This document shows, piece after piece, positions 1 through 15,480 of a stretch of DNA of 64,000 bases; within the stretch, counting starts at the first letter, position 1, and the number at the start of each line of letters is the position of its first letter. This stretch comes from Octopus vulgaris (taxonomy: Eukaryota). A program made the translations under genes and the position numbers. Under the pieces are notes generated by a model, which saw nothing but the letters and a program-made list of their open reading frames with translations, did not search any database and was not told where the DNA came from. The DNA lies in contig OX597840.1 in assembly GCA_951406725.2 (NCBI GenBank), positions 37,696,001 through 37,760,000 on the forward strand, read 5' to 3'.

Positions 1-597
1 AAATTGCAATTATATGCTGATAAATATTATTATAATTATTAGAGTTTTCCTCGGTAAGCATATAATCTGCAAAGTCTTTTGTAAAATTAACGTATTTTGA
101 CAACATAACAAACCAAATGAAAACCTAATTAAGCACTTGTAATAGTACAGTTTATCTGTAGAAGCAGTGGAAGAAGAAAGCAGTTGAAATGAATAATAGT
201 AATAAAAAAGAAAAATAAATAGATTTTAACATAAAATCTGCTGAGTGGAAAGCTGTCAGAAATAAACAACTTAGATTTTAAAATGTATAATAGAAGAATA
301 TAATAGAAGAATTAAATGGAAATTAAGTAAAGCAATAATGAAAAGAAAAAAACGATAAACACACACACACACATATATATGTATATATACACGCAGTCAG
401 GCATATATTAGCTGGAATGCATGTTGATGCAATCCAAGAGTGAAGTATAATGAACACACAGAACAAAAAAAAAAAAACGTACACAAAGACGCAATCAAAA
501 ACATTACATGCGCATTCAACTATACAGATATAAATACGTACTTACTGAGATAGAAAGATAGATAGGGAGATAGGGTATATATATATATATACAATAA

Positions 598-791
<194 letters not shown>

Positions 792-1326
792 CGCTCTCTG
801 AAATAAAGATTCGCAATGCATATATCTGTATAAATATTCCTGTATCACACTCCCACTAATTCTGTGTGTGTGTGTGTATTCTAATTTATGAATGTATATG
901 AATAAATGTAGATAAATAGAGAGAGATAGATAGAGAGAGAGAGAGGTAAAGAATAAGAGAGAGGAAGGAAGAGAAATTGGAAATGGTGTACAGCAAGTAA
1001 TTTAGCTGGAGCTAACAGTGTCGTTAATCAGCGTAATTAATTAAATAACGCTAAGTGTTGTATATCTTATGTAGATCACATGATGCAGGATCTCCAGAGG
1101 CAGGAATTTCACGAAGTGATTTTGGTTTTTAATTTTAGATATAAGAATGAATGAATTAAGATTAAAAAATAACAAGAAAGAAAAAAACTGGGAAAGCATT
1201 TTGCTGCTTGCCTTGTAAATAAATACACGCACGCGTAAACATACATGCATGCATAAATGCAAACACGAATACACAGACACGTACCCAGATATATACATGA
1301 CCATATATATATATAAATATATATAT

Positions 1327-1498
1327 CATCATCATCATCGTCGTCGTCGTCGTCGCTTAATGTCCGCTTTCCATGCTAGCAAGGGTTGGACGATTTGACT
1401 GAGTGCTGGCGAACCAGATGGCTGCACCAGGCTCCAATCTTGATCTGGCAGAGTTCCTACAGCTGGATGCCCTTCCTAACGCCAGCCACTCCAAGAGG
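1327..1498 (-). mobile_element. 3' tail fragment of an RTE-related retroelement (LINE or SINE tail)
   Basis: (CAT)n/(CGT)n tail next to ttaatgtccgctttccatgctagc...ggatgcccttcctaacgcca; a related degenerate fragment lies at about 31140-31260. Confidence 0.55.
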
Positions 1499-1508
1499 GT
1501 ATATATAC

Positions 1509-1574
<66 letters not shown>

Positions 1575-1689
1575 TTATTAAATTTAAATCTCTGAACGAG
1601 AAAAATTCAATAACAGTACTCAGTAAAGATTATTTGCCAACATAACGTGGCAGTCCTGGTTATTTTAGCACCATGATGATGCTTCCTAG

Positions 1690-2060
1690 GGCTAAATAAC
1701 AGAGTCACTTTTGGGCCTACGCACAAGCACACATACATGAGAGCGAGGGCTCATCTTCGGTTCTGAAGGCCCATCTAAAATGTTCCCGTTGTCCCAGGCA
1801 CAAGTCCGGGTAAGGTTGTTTGTGGAAGCCCAGCAGTCGCCTATGCATACCAGGTTCCACTCTCCGCGCCACCGGTGTTATCCAAGGGAAACGCAAAGGG
1901 GCCGATACAGCTTGGCACCAGTGACATCGCAACGCATCTCTAAAATTGAGTGAACTGGAGCAACGTGAAATAAAGTGTCTTTTTCTCAAGGACTGAACAC
2001 ACTGCTAGGTCCATGAATCGGACTTACTACCTCCTGATTGTGAGCCGGTCGCTCTAACCA
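1690..2060 (-). mobile_element. tRNA-headed SINE, group 3 variant
   Basis: Shares tgagtgaactggagcaacgtgaaataaagtgtc and the ctctaacca head with copies at 25666-25911 and 26095-26390. Confidence 0.75.
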
Positions 2061-2132
2061 TCATCTTCATACACAAACACACACAAGCACACATATATTA
2101 CAGGCACACACACACACACGCAGACACTCACT

Positions 2133-2190
<58 letters not shown>

Positions 2191-2364
2191 TACGTCGGCC
2201 TTCTTTCGGTTTCTCCCTACCAAAACTACCCACAGGCATTGGTCAGTCTGAGGTGGTAATAGAATACATTTGCCGAAGTTCCTCGCCGTGGAACTGAACC
2301 TGGAACCCTCTGATTAGGAAACAACCTTATTACCACCCAATCACGCATGTATATTTTCTATCTT

Positions 2365-2395
<31 letters not shown>

Positions 2396-2635
2396 TTCCA
2401 TGTATCACGGGGAAAAACAAGGAGTTCCGATCCGGCCAGATATATTACGATCACTCTGATAAAATGCAAACTTGGCTAATCCAGACGTCGGCGATAGGAA
2501 TCATGTAGAATCGCATTGAACAAAATAAAATCACATTCCTTCAGATGGGAAATCCTGAGTTTACTTCAATGGATTCCACGTTGGAAACAGTGTATAATAT
2601 CAAGATATAGCAGTGAGAAATGCATGGTTATTTTT

Positions 2636-3010
2636 GGTTTCAAACTTTAGCACAACGCCAGCACGTATCTGGTAGGTGTTAAGTCGATTACATCGACCCC
2701 AGTGCACTACTGGTACTTATTTTATTGACACCGAAAGGATGAAAGGTATAGTCGACCTTGGGAAATTTTGAATTAAGAACTTAAGAACACACGAAATATT
2801 TATTTCTTTACTACTCACAAGGGGCTACACACAGAGAGGAAATCAAGGACAGACAAACGGATTAAGTCGATTACATCGACCCCAGTGCATAACTGGTACT
2901 TATTTAATCGATCCCGAAAGGATGAAAGTCAAAGCCGACCTTGGGGGATTTTGAATTAAGAAATTAAGAACACATGAAATACCGCTAAGGATTTTGGCCG
3001 GCGTCCCTGC
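2636..3010 (-). mobile_element. SINE group 2, dimeric/self-inserted copy
   Basis: Central domain (aagtcgattacatcgaccccagtg...gaaaggatgaaag...gacc) occurs twice, joined at acgaaata|tttatttctttact. Confidence 0.85.
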
Positions 3011-3088
3011 TAACAGACTTAGAGATATACTTTATTAAAGTTCATTTAATAAGAGACATTATCTTCATATTTTATATTATATAACATC

Positions 3089-3133
<45 letters not shown>

Positions 3134-3939
3134 AGACATACACACACACGCAGATATATGTCTATAGGGCAAATAAGAAAATGGAGAAGCACATTAGTTG
3201 GTTCATCAACTTTAGGACATTAAAATGTTGACTTATTTAGTTATCAAAACGACAACCATAAAAGCATACATACATATAGTATGTTATCCATGCATATAAG
3301 ATAAAAATATAAGCAGTTATTAAAAAACATGAATATAAATTATTAAAATCACACACATATATATCTACGTGCAGTTGGACTGAACCTGGAACCATGTGGT
3401 TGGTACACAAGCTATTTACCACATAGCCACGCCTATATATATATTCGCGCACACACATATAAAAATTCCTACGTGGTTCGTTTAAAAAATCGGTGTGATT
3501 TGCAAAGAAATACTCAAACATATTTGAAATGATCTCTCATCGTATTTTCCGAAATAACGATATTAAACCTAATTTTTAAGAGTATTTTCACGATTTTATA
3601 AAATTTTCATAAACCTATCTCGAGAATTCATAACGAAAACAGCGATAATTTCTGCTCATGTTGTAGGATGTTAGAAATACAGAAGATACACGATAAAAAA
3701 CATCTCAGAAAAATATGCGTAAGTGTTCATTTTTTTTTAATATTGAACTTTTTTTAATCGATAAAATTGTACAAGTTTGTTTTCAAGTTGAGCAAAAACC
3801 TGAAAAAGAAATTCAAAAAATCTCTCAAGTGCAATTTATCGGAAATAAAATTTAGTTCATATTGCACATGTTGTGATGCATATATTTCTCACCATTGTTT
3901 TGATCTTCTACACACACACAATGTATATATATCAAAATA

Positions 3940-4465
<526 letters not shown>

Positions 4466-4857
4466 CATACACATTTACACACACGTATATATCTATAAAA
4501 TGCATACATATATATGTGTGTATGTATGTATATAGATATGTGTGTGTGTGTGTATATGTATATAATTTAGAATGTTATATTACAAGAAATATATATTTGC
4601 ATACGTGTGTGTATGATTATAAACATTTATTTGCGTATATATGTGTGTGTGTGTGCAGATATCTGTGTCTGTACGTGTTGAGGCAGAATTAGCGACAAAA
4701 ATAACAATTAAAAACCGTCAAAGCAAACTGTATCTTATTTAGTTGACGCTCAACAATTCTGAGCGCTGAAGAAGTGTTTCGTGTTTCGAATTTAAGCTCA
4801 TCTTTAGAATGATGAAAAGGAAGCGAAAGACGAAAAAGCGATAACATAATTCAGATC

Positions 4858-5021
4858 TGTAGCTGTGTGGTAAGAAGCATAATTTCTAGCGACATGTTTT
4901 CGGGTTCAGTCCTAATGCGAGGTACCTTGAACAAGCATTTTTGTTTTTGCTATAACCCCAAGCCGACTAAATCCTTGCGAGTGGATTTGGTAGAGAAAGG
5001 CTGAAAGAACCCCGTCGTATA
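4858..5021 (+). mobile_element. SINE group 1, 5' half (3' half at about 6010-6172)
   Basis: gctgtgtggtaag...gggttcagtcc...accttgaacaag...gagtggatttggtag...cccgtcgtata matches the intact copy at 31275-31786. Confidence 0.8.
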
Positions 5022-5390
5022 TACGGGGCGTGATGCGTAAATTTCTGCCATTTTATGGTCTTAATTTCAAGCATGCGCATGGTGTGTTTATGATTTTGTT
5101 GACTACCTAGTATAGTAGGGTCAGTTGGGCAGCGTCCGTGAGAAATACAGCACCATGGCGCAATTCTCTCTGCCAGAAATTTGGGAATAACATGCCGTAC
5201 TGCTTCGCATTTGCAGTGGAAGCTCCGATACAAACACTTCAGAGTGTTTGGGTGTCAATCTAAGGAAAGTACAATGTGAGGACATGTATCGAGAGTGTTG
5301 AAAATCGTACAGTAAGTTAAATTTTAAATGATGATAATTTGATTAAAAATAAAACGCTGAAAACAAATACAGTTAAATTTAACCACCCGA
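5022..5390 (+). mobile_element. Internally deleted Tc1/mariner (maT/DD37D-like) derivative
   Basis: Starts at TA-cgggg. The frame from ATG near 5156 reads MAQFSLPEIWE*HAVLLRICSGSSDTNTSECLGVNLRKVQ (HTH-type transposase N-terminus, recognised from memory) and then jumps to a C-terminus-like RTCIESVE. The right TIR is poorly preserved. Confidence 0.6.
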
Positions 5391-6009
5391 GAGCGGGTTT
5401 CGAGTAGCCATTTCTACTTCATTTTATATAAGTTCACCTTTCTTCCGTTTCATGTTTTTGTCCCCACTTCTATTGTTCTGTCTCTCCTTGTGCCGCCCAC
5501 TCTGTATTTCGGACCTTTGTGCCTAATAAAGAATCGGGGATAGTTGACGGAGTTAGTTGGATGTGTGTTGGTTTAACAGTCAGGAGTTGAACAGTGAATG
5601 CTGAGTATCTTAGCCTACGTTCAAGCAGTACTCTATGATCGAAATTGTATTTACCGTGGTCTAGATCTTATTACACTACACGTGGGTAGAAAAGAAACAT
5701 GTGAATTCTTCTTGGCAGAATATTTTTACGAGTGTGGATGGATATTGGTCATGAGATGTCGCCGATCGCAGGCATAATTTGTGATACTGTTCAATATATG
5801 CTAAGGAATACTGTCGCTGATGAAAGCAGTAAATGAAATATCTTTACTTTCAACTTTAGACACGAACTTGTTGAGTCATTATTTTACTTTTGCTCTCTTA
5901 TATTCTGGTGAGTTATTTTTGGAGATATTAAGGTGGTAATAGGGGCTTTAGTGTCTATCTCTTGCAATGCGTGGTGAGGCGTAAAGCCGATCCTTTGTAA
6001 TAATTATAT

Positions 6010-6172
6010 ATATATATTTATGTTTGTGTCTGTGTTTGTTGGTGTGTTTAGTCTCCGTAACATAGCGGTTCGGCAAAAAAGATCAATAGAATAAGTACTA
6101 GACTTACAAAGAATAAGGTCCTGGGGTCGATTTGGCCACAGTCAAATGACTGAAACAAGTAAAAGAATAAAC
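6010..6172 (+). mobile_element. SINE group 1, 3' half
   Basis: tagcggttcggcaaaa...agaataagtact...cctggggtcgattt...cagtcaaatgactgaaacaagtaaaaga. Confidence 0.8.
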
Positions 6173-6249
6173 AAGTATAGAATTTTGTGTGAGAGTTGGT
6201 ACACTGTACTTACAGACGGTCTGACTCTGGCATGACCGGTAAGAATACC

Positions 6250-6480
6250 TATTTCTTTACTACCCACAAGGGGCTAAACACAGAGGGGACAAACAAGGAC
6301 AGACAAACGTATTAAGTCGATGACATCGACCCCAGTGCGTAACTTGTACTTATTTAATCGACCCCGACAGGATGAAAGGCAAAGTCGACCTCAGCAGAAT
6401 TTAAACTCAGAGCGTAACGGCAGACGAAATACCGCTAAGCATTTCGCCCGGCATGCTAACGTTTCTGCCAGCTCGCCGCC
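6250..6480 (-). mobile_element. Full-length SINE group 2 with 11-bp TSD
   Basis: Reverse complement of the 60175-60405 copy; gtaagaatacc is duplicated at 6239-6249 and 6481-6491. Confidence 0.92.
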
Positions 6481-7085
6481 GTAAGAATACCGTCATCAGT
6501 TTACGGCAGGGTAAGTTTCGTCATGAATACACCTCATATTTTTGTCTTCAATAAAATAGTTATTTATTTTTATTCTATTAATGGTGAAATGTTATCTATT
6601 AATGTGGAAATTCTAAGGAAATATTTTCTTGGTAGACTTTCCTCACGGTGAACATTCTTCACGGTGCATTGGTGGCGGCGAACTCTCCTGCGAGGAATTT
6701 ATGGTGGTGCACTTTCCTGTAATCGACTGAAAAAGGGCAATGAGGAAGTGGCATAACACACACAACAACTACTGGCTCACACGCAAAAAGCTTCCCACAT
6801 TGCACACCCGACCCCCAATCCAAAAAAAAAAAAAAAAATCACGGCGTCAATTGCGCCTCGTCAAAGATAACATGTTATTTGATCTACGCAATATACAGAT
6901 CGCGAAACGTTATTTAATTAATTTCACTGATTAATTGCATTGTATGTGTATGTGTGTGTGTGTGTGGAGGTATGTTGCTATAAATATTTGTTATGATTAT
7001 GTATATCTAATATGTACATCAATGTGTGTATGTGTGTTCAGAATGTTTTTATGTCTCACTCACTAGAGCTAAGCGTATTAGAGAG

Positions 7086-7162
<77 letters not shown>

Positions 7163-7464
7163 TTATGTATCTATATATATATATATATATATATATACGT
7201 ATATATATATATATTACTCTTTATATATATATATATTTGATCGATGTATAGATAGATAGATGTGTATATACATATAAATACATACATATATATAGATATA
7301 GATATATGTATGCGTACTCTTGCACACAATCACACACACACATATACATGCCTATATATATGTATATACATATATGCATATGTGCATGTATATATGTGTG
7401 TATATAGATATATATATAGATATATATATATGTATGTATGTATGTATATATATATGTATGTATG

Positions 7465-7504
<40 letters not shown>

Positions 7505-7581
7505 TATGCATCTATAAATAAAGTCACAGACACACATATACGTACACTGAAACACACACAAACACAGTTTACGTCGCACAC

Positions 7582-7612
<31 letters not shown>

Positions 7613-8009
7613 TTAGATATCCAATCAGAAGATGGACAATAATTAATTAAGAACACAACGGAAAATATAGCAACCACACCGCGTTTCTAAAATCTGTACA
7701 AGCAATCCCATTCACATACACGCACGCATACATAGGCAGCTCTTACATCGTATATATATACCCGTGTGAATAATTTTGTATGCAGAGCAGCCATATGTAA
7801 AGATGTACGAAACGCTGAAAAGATAGATCTGGATAATTTCTCAACCTCTCCTTTTCTGTAATTTTACGAGATATTTTTTTTTTTAATTTTCATTTAGCTT
7901 CTACTGTATTATATTCTAGAATGCATTATGCATTGTATAACACACTGCATGTACGTGTATTTATATATGCATATATAAATATACATGCATAAACACGCGC
8001 ACACACATA

Positions 8010-8755
<746 letters not shown>

Positions 8756-9050
8756 AATTTGTATTTGCGTTAAATTGATTTTCGTATCCCAATCTGTAGT
8801 AGAGATATGAATTAGATTATATTTATTTATATATGTTTTTTTATTTATTTATGTAGTTTTCTTCAGATTTTCTGCTTCGGTGTTTTTATCGATAATGTGG
8901 ATAATTATACATGCTTAATTCGCCGGTTTTTATTTGGCTTTTATTTTTTAAAATCCATTTTATAATGTTGTTGAAATACGTTAATTTTGCAAATGATCTT
9001 CTGATGATATACTTACCAAAAAAAGAAAAAGAAAAAAACGTGGAAAAGAA

Positions 9051-9067
9051 TGATGATGATGATGATG

Positions 9068-9131
<64 letters not shown>

Positions 9132-9210
9132 TAATAATAATAATAATAATAACAATAATAATTATAATAACAACAGCAACAACATCATTAATAATAATTA
9201 TAATAATAAT
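9051..9210. repeat. (GAT)n-(AAT)n trinucleotide tract
   Basis: Seen directly; source of the poly-N/poly-I ORFs. Confidence 0.97.
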
Positions 9211-9654
9211 ACAACACTTATTAGAGACGAATACACGGATTTAAGTAAATTTGTTACTAATACACAAATCTGTAATTGTAATGGATGGAGTAAAACAGAG
9301 AATGTGGGAGAGAGAGAGAGAATGTGGGAGGTGGGTAGAAGAGAGAACGGGGTGAAGGACAGGAGAGAGGAACAGAGACATTTGAAGAGAGATCGATACG
9401 GAAAGTAAATCGCAAAATAGGAAAAACATGTAACAAAATTCTGATTGCCTTTAATCTGAACGATTTTGAAACCTCCTAAATAGTTCAGGTCGTATTCGTT
9501 GCACCTTGAGGTTGTTCAGAAGCAATTAGCGAACATCATCTCCGTCATGTCTGTCATTATATTTTCTATTATTCATCATAAGCCTGTCAATAGGAAACCG
9601 TTTCATTTCCCTATCATGTGTATTTTGGTTGGGCCCAAATTCGTCATTTAAGCT

Positions 9655-10625
9655 TATTTTTTTCGCCTCTGAAGTTTGTGTTCAAGGGAGACACTGCGAA
9701 AGCTCTCCAAGGAGGAAACAACATGATGGTATGGCACCAGGCGGCGCACTCAGCTGTTTGAGTGGACCACAAATGCTAAGGGACTGCTTTAGGCAGTCCT
9801 TTTAGCATTTCTTATTGCAATGGCCAGTGGTGAGCTCCTATTCTATGATAATCTTAGCTATTCGAGTGTCATTCATCCTGTCCACGCACCCTGCCCAACG
9901 CAGTCACAACCCAAGTAAAATGGCTTCCAAGGCTGGTGACGTTTGCTCGCTCGAGGACCTTCATGTTGGTGATGTAGTCGCTCTAGCAAAGTTTTGAGGA
10001 TGGTACGGAGACAACATTGGTGAAACATTCAATGATTGCAGTAGGGAATTCGGGACTCAGAGCCATGTTGGAATGTCGTTAGACCGATGGCCCCGTAGAT
10101 GCTGACTTTTGCACTAATCTTAAGATGCTTGTGGTATCACACACGCTCGTACAATATGCCAAATGCTTTGTTTGGCTTCGTAAGTCTGTTGCCAATTTCT
10201 TTGTTGATATTCACATCGGATCAGATAGGTCATTCAAGATAGGTGAACCGCTATATGCTGTTCAACTCGGTTTGTGTTGAAGAGGGCCTGACAGTATTCA
10301 GTCCAGGGTTGCTATGTCTAAGCACCTAACTATCTGAGCTGCGCAAGGGACTCCGTATTTGATGTGGTGGGCCATAAACTGCCTTGAGAGCTTCATAGAA
10401 CGCCTGTAGTCGCCAGAGTAAGAGCACAGCTGGGTTCTCTGTGGGAGGTTGGTCCACCACTCATTCTGATCTTCAAGGAACTTGCGCTGCAGAAAGCTGT
10501 ATGCTTGGCGAAAGGCTGCTTTCTTCTCTGGGCAGGACGGTTGTGCTAAGTGTGTTTGGTGGGTAGACATCTTCTTTAATAATTTCCCGATCAGTACATT
10601 GTTTTCGCCAAACCAATCCTTGTTG
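9655..10625 (-). mobile_element. Decayed RTE-clade LINE ORF fragment, internally deleted
   Basis: Minus-strand translations in order: NKDWFGENN, HLAQPSCPEKKAAFR...QNEWWTNL (post-endonuclease region), RFTYL..SDVNINKEIGNRLTKPNKAFGILYERV (RT C-terminal region), WAGCVDRMNDTRIAKII..ELTTG and SLEHKLQRRK. Many stops and frameshifts; most of the RT core is missing. Confidence 0.85.
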
Positions 10626-10664
10626 AAAAATATTCACACACACACGCACACACGCATACACACG

Positions 10665-10698
<34 letters not shown>

Positions 10699-11067
10699 CA
10701 AACACACACAATCACACACACACATATTGGTATGCGTATTAGTTTAGCAATGGCTACTCCTATTTTCACAGAGGTGTGTTCATAGGTTCCATCAGAATAC
10801 AAAGTGATATGTTTATCACTAGTATTCCATAAAATACATCAAAGTATAAACATATATACCTATATACATACACACACAGAAGCATACACACACACAAACA
10901 CACAAACACACACACATACATGCCATTATTCATTTTCATATATATTTGTTTATAGTTTTCTTTGTATTATATTTACAGATGGCTTTGAATCCCTGGCAAT
11001 ATTTCTTTGTGAAACTGACTCATGGTTTTATTTTCCCTCCATATCTAGACCAACATAGGCTTCAATC

Positions 11068-11110
<43 letters not shown>

Positions 11111-12054
11111 TTATACGCGTAGATACTTACATGCTTGTATCTAGGTATGACTTGTGTGTCTGTCTACCTGTCTGCCTTTCTTCAGTTTCTATGTATGTAT
11201 GTATGCATGTATGTATGTATGTATGTATGTATGTATGTATGTGTGTATGTATGTATGTATGTATGAACGAATGGATGCTTGTAAGGAAGTGTATGTGTGT
11301 AGACACGACACAACCAGGAACGAAGCCACTCGTAAACACGTGAGGTCAGCAATCAAACTTCAAACACAAATGCTCGTTGTAAACAGCCTTCGAGATTTGT
11401 CAAAATATTTATTCATTTTCAGGTGTGAATATCTCACACGATCTCCACGCATTCATATCTGTTGTTGATTATCCTTGTCTGTGATATCACGATATCTCGA
11501 TGTATACCTACGTCGCCAAATGATCACTATTAAAAAGAAAATCACAAAGAAACCATTTTCTGCGCAGATTTGAAGCGCATAGAAGGAAGAATGATAATTA
11601 CACGTAAAATAGTCTCTAATATGAGATAAATAGGACTCGGTTATGATGTGTGAGTAAAAGTTTTCTCTTGAGTTTTCTTCAGTCCTCCTTCATTTTTCGT
11701 AAATTTGTAGCTGACGGATTTTGAAATTCTGGAAATAGAAGGGAAGACTCCGAAATCTTCAATAAATAATCACCTAACGCCATCCCCTAACAGATGCATT
11801 AAATATGTTAAATCATATAACATATCAGACACCGAATTGATAAACATATTGAGAAGGGCGTTAAACATTTATCGTAACGGAAGCAGGAATAACACGCGTC
11901 ATCACCAGGTAACACTGCCCGCAACCGTTTTTGTGAAACCCACCTAAAATCACGGCAAAGATGCGTTTTGTTAGAATCATCTTAAAATTGTCAAGACATT
12001 TTGTACAAAGATTTAATACAACAAACACATCGATATTTTATGAGAAAGAAACCC

Positions 12055-12176
12055 ACGGAAGAAACATAGAGTTGTGCGTTTTCTCTCAATAAACACACAC
12101 AACGCCCAGTCTGGGAATCGAAACCGCGATCCTCCGACCGCGAGTCAGCTGCACTAACCCCTGGGCCATTGCGCCT
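12055..12176 (-). mobile_element. SINE group 3 head fragment
   Basis: acaacgcccagtctgggaatcgaaaccgcgatcc...ggccattgcgcct matches 54075-54154. Confidence 0.8.
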
Positions 12177-13278
12177 TCGCTTTGTATTTAATGAAATCAC
12201 TTCTTTAAGAGACTTTAGAATCTGTTGATAACTCATACCAATTAATGATTCCGATATAAATATGATGGTGAACATTAGGGAATCATTGTTATTTTCAGTT
12301 ATTCTTTTGGGGATAAAATTAATTGCCAAGTATTTTGTGGTAAACGACAAGACTATATGACAGGGGCAAACGTCGTGAATTAATAAAGTCGTCCATCGTT
12401 TATTTCAAAAGAGAGTTCACTTTATCCAGGTTGACATTTAACGTGAAGATGGTGAATTGATTTTGACAAAACATAGCATTTCAGTAAATGTGGTTACATA
12501 CATAGAAACTTTGCAGCATTTTCAGTGGGTGGAATCATATACAAAGATAATTTATATTAAGTTTTGACATTGTTATACACTAATGTTATAATAAATTAAC
12601 TAGAAACTTCCAGCCTTCTACTAAACATTGAACTTTGAAATTGAAATTTGGACAGCTGACGTCATTGCTCAGGTATTCTTATCAAATAATACAACATATT
12701 CTATATAAGAATCTACTATCTCTACCAATTTGCCTGCGGTGGTACTGGCGCCCAGCTGTATCATAGAATGGCTGTATAAACTTACTTCGGTACTAAGCTT
12801 AGTCAAAGACTGGAAAGGTAGCCGGTTCTATGTGTTATTCGAATTAAACAGAAAAGGTGTATAGATTATGAATATTTTTGTGTCAGGGGATCTGAAGCTT
12901 TCGTTGAGAGTTCACATCATCAGCCAATGTTGAACTAAAGACAGTTGCTTTATTGATTGTTCAATGCGTAGCAGTTATTGACATTACAGTTATTATGTAT
13001 ATTGATAAATAACTGACAAAGAAATAGAAGGAAATATTTTGAAAAGTGTCAGTGGAAGTTTCTTTTCTGGATGTTCTACTGGTGGACTAAACATTTGGAG
13101 GGACATAGAGCTAAATAGACATAGAGCTAAATAGAAGATAGAATAATATGAAACAAGACAGTCTAGTTTATGAACCTGAGTGAGGTGTTTAATTAATTAG
13201 AATGTACAGAATTAATTGGTAGTCGGTGATACGAATTTGTGAATTTGTGAATGAAATAAATGAATGAATAAACACTCC

Positions 13279-13293
13279 AGCGCCATCTAGTGA
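13279..13293 (-). promoter_or_regulatory. Candidate CTCF site
   Basis: Minus strand reads TCACTAGATGGCGCT, close to the bilaterian CTCF core CACTAGATGGCGC; motif match only. Confidence 0.4.
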
Positions 13294-13446
13294 GGAAAAG
13301 GTTACTCAGTAATAAAAATAGGGGTTTGGTTATAATATATTCGACGATCAATCAGAAGAAACCGATACTCTGAGTTTCTCTAATGCGATCTTAAAAATAC
13401 CTGTCATATTCCTTAACCCTCCACTCCTTCCATTCGGTAACTATTG

Positions 13447-13787
13447 TTTCTTCTTCTTCTTCTTCTTCTTCTTCTTCTTCTTCTTCTTCTTCTTCTTCTT
13501 TCTTCTTCTTCTTTCCCTTCTTCTTCTTCTTCTTCTTCTTCTTTCCCTTCTTCTTTTCCTTCTTCTTCTTTCCCTTCTTCTTTCCCTTCTTCTTCTTCCT
13601 CTTCTTCTTCTTCTTCGTCTTCTTCTTCTTCGTCTTCTTCGTCTTCTTCTTCTTCGTCTTCTTCTTCTTCTTCTTCTTCTTCTTCTTCTTCTTCTTCTTC
13701 GTCTTCTTCTTCTTCTTCTTCTTCTTCTTCTTCTTCCCCTTCTTCTTTTCCTTCTTCTTCTTCTTTTTTTTTTCTTCTTCTTCTTCA
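13447..13787. repeat. (TTC)n polypyrimidine tract, about 340 bp
   Basis: Seen directly; source of the poly-R/S/K ORFs. Confidence 0.99.
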
Positions 13788-14696
13788 TTTTCTAAGGAAA
13801 GAATGAAAATCTAAAAGAAACGGCACGTAATATTTAGTTTCCAGTCGAAACATACACACATATACACGCGTGCACACACACTCACAAAAACACATAAGCA
13901 TATACATGCATATATACACACACACGCACATTCATGCACACACACATAGATACACAAGAACACACACACGCATATATATATACATGTACATATATACACA
14001 CGTGCACACACACATATATATGTGAATATATATATGTGTATATATATATATATAAATATATGTGTGTGTGTATGTGTGAAAATATATACACAAACAAAAA
14101 CACGGTCATACACATATATACACACATATATGTGTGCATATGTAGATATATTTATACCTACCTACTTACCTACCCACATACCTTCCTACCTACCTACCTA
14201 CCTACTTATATAAACACATATATACATACATACTTACATACATACATACTTTAGAACATAGTTTCAACAAGAGGGAATTAGGAAAATAGCTTTAAACACC
14301 GTTTTATTAGTACCTCTCAAATGAAAATGGCTGATATTTCAACTCAGGGGAAATAGAAAATTTACGGCCTTCAGTATCGCGTCATTTTGGAGTCTCGTAT
14401 TTTTTGAAAACTTAAGAAGAATAAGTAGATCAATTTAGCATATATAAATATAAAATAAATAGACAAAAATAATGGTAATAATGATCACGAGAAACCGACC
14501 TAAAAGACAGAAAGGTATTCTTGAAATCTAAAAATAGCAGCCAAATATTCGTACAATCAAATCTTATCGTGTTAAACAAGGGAAGGGGACATCATGTAAT
14601 GTAGTCTCAGATGCATTGAGAAAACTAGTTTCCGCTTGAAATAATTTTCACAGAGAGTAAGTTCAATTAATGTAAAATTTTATACCATAACATTAT

Positions 14697-15480
14697 TGGT
14701 CTCACATTTGTACACAAGTGATTTTGGAGGAGATGGCAACTCAATTACATCGAAACCAGTGTTCAACTGGTACTTAATTTATCGACCTTGAAAGGATGAC
14801 AGGCAAAGTCGACCCCGGCGGATTTGAACTCAAAACGTAGAGACGGACGAAATGCCTATTTCTTTACTGCCCACAAGGGGCTAAACACAGAGGGGACAAA
14901 CAAGGACAGACAAAGGGATTAAGTTGACTACATAGACACCAGTGCGTAACTGGTACTTATTTAATCGACTCCGAAAGGATGAAAGGCAAAGTCGACCTCG
15001 ATCGAATTTGAACTCAGAACGGCGTGGTAACAATTCTGCCGGCTCGCCGCATTATAAATATCAGTATTAAAATCCCCGCTGAACTGGCAGAATCGTTAGC
15101 ACGCCGTTCTGATTTCAAATTGCAACGTAGTCGACTTTGCCTTTCATTATTTTGGTGTCGATAAAATGCGTACAAGTTGAGCACTGGGGTCGATTTAATA
15201 GACTTAACACCGCCCCTAAAATTGCCGGCCTTGTACCAAATTTTGAAATCATTCTCAAAAACTACCCGAAAGCGGCGAGCAGGCAGAATGGTTAGCGCGC
15301 CTCGAAAGGTGCTCACGGCATTTTGTCCGTCTTTATGTTACTGAGTTCAAACTCAGGTCATCTTTGCCTTTCATTCTTTCAGTTCAATAGAGTAAATGCC
15401 AGCTTAGCGATGGGGGTCGATGAAATCCACTTAAGCCCTCTACTAGGCTTGCTGGTCTTGTGCCAAAATTTGAAGCCAAT
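14697..15480. mobile_element. Cluster of four SINE group 2 copies (two minus, then two plus)
   Basis: Minus dimer at 14697-15050 joined at gaaatgcc|tatttctttact; plus copies at about 15075-15250 and 15271-15480 with ggccttgtaccaaattttgaaa-type tails. Confidence 0.85.

Noticed and set aside
5812-5848. CTGATGA...GAAA as a hammerhead
   Set aside because: No stem II or stem I pairing around the core.
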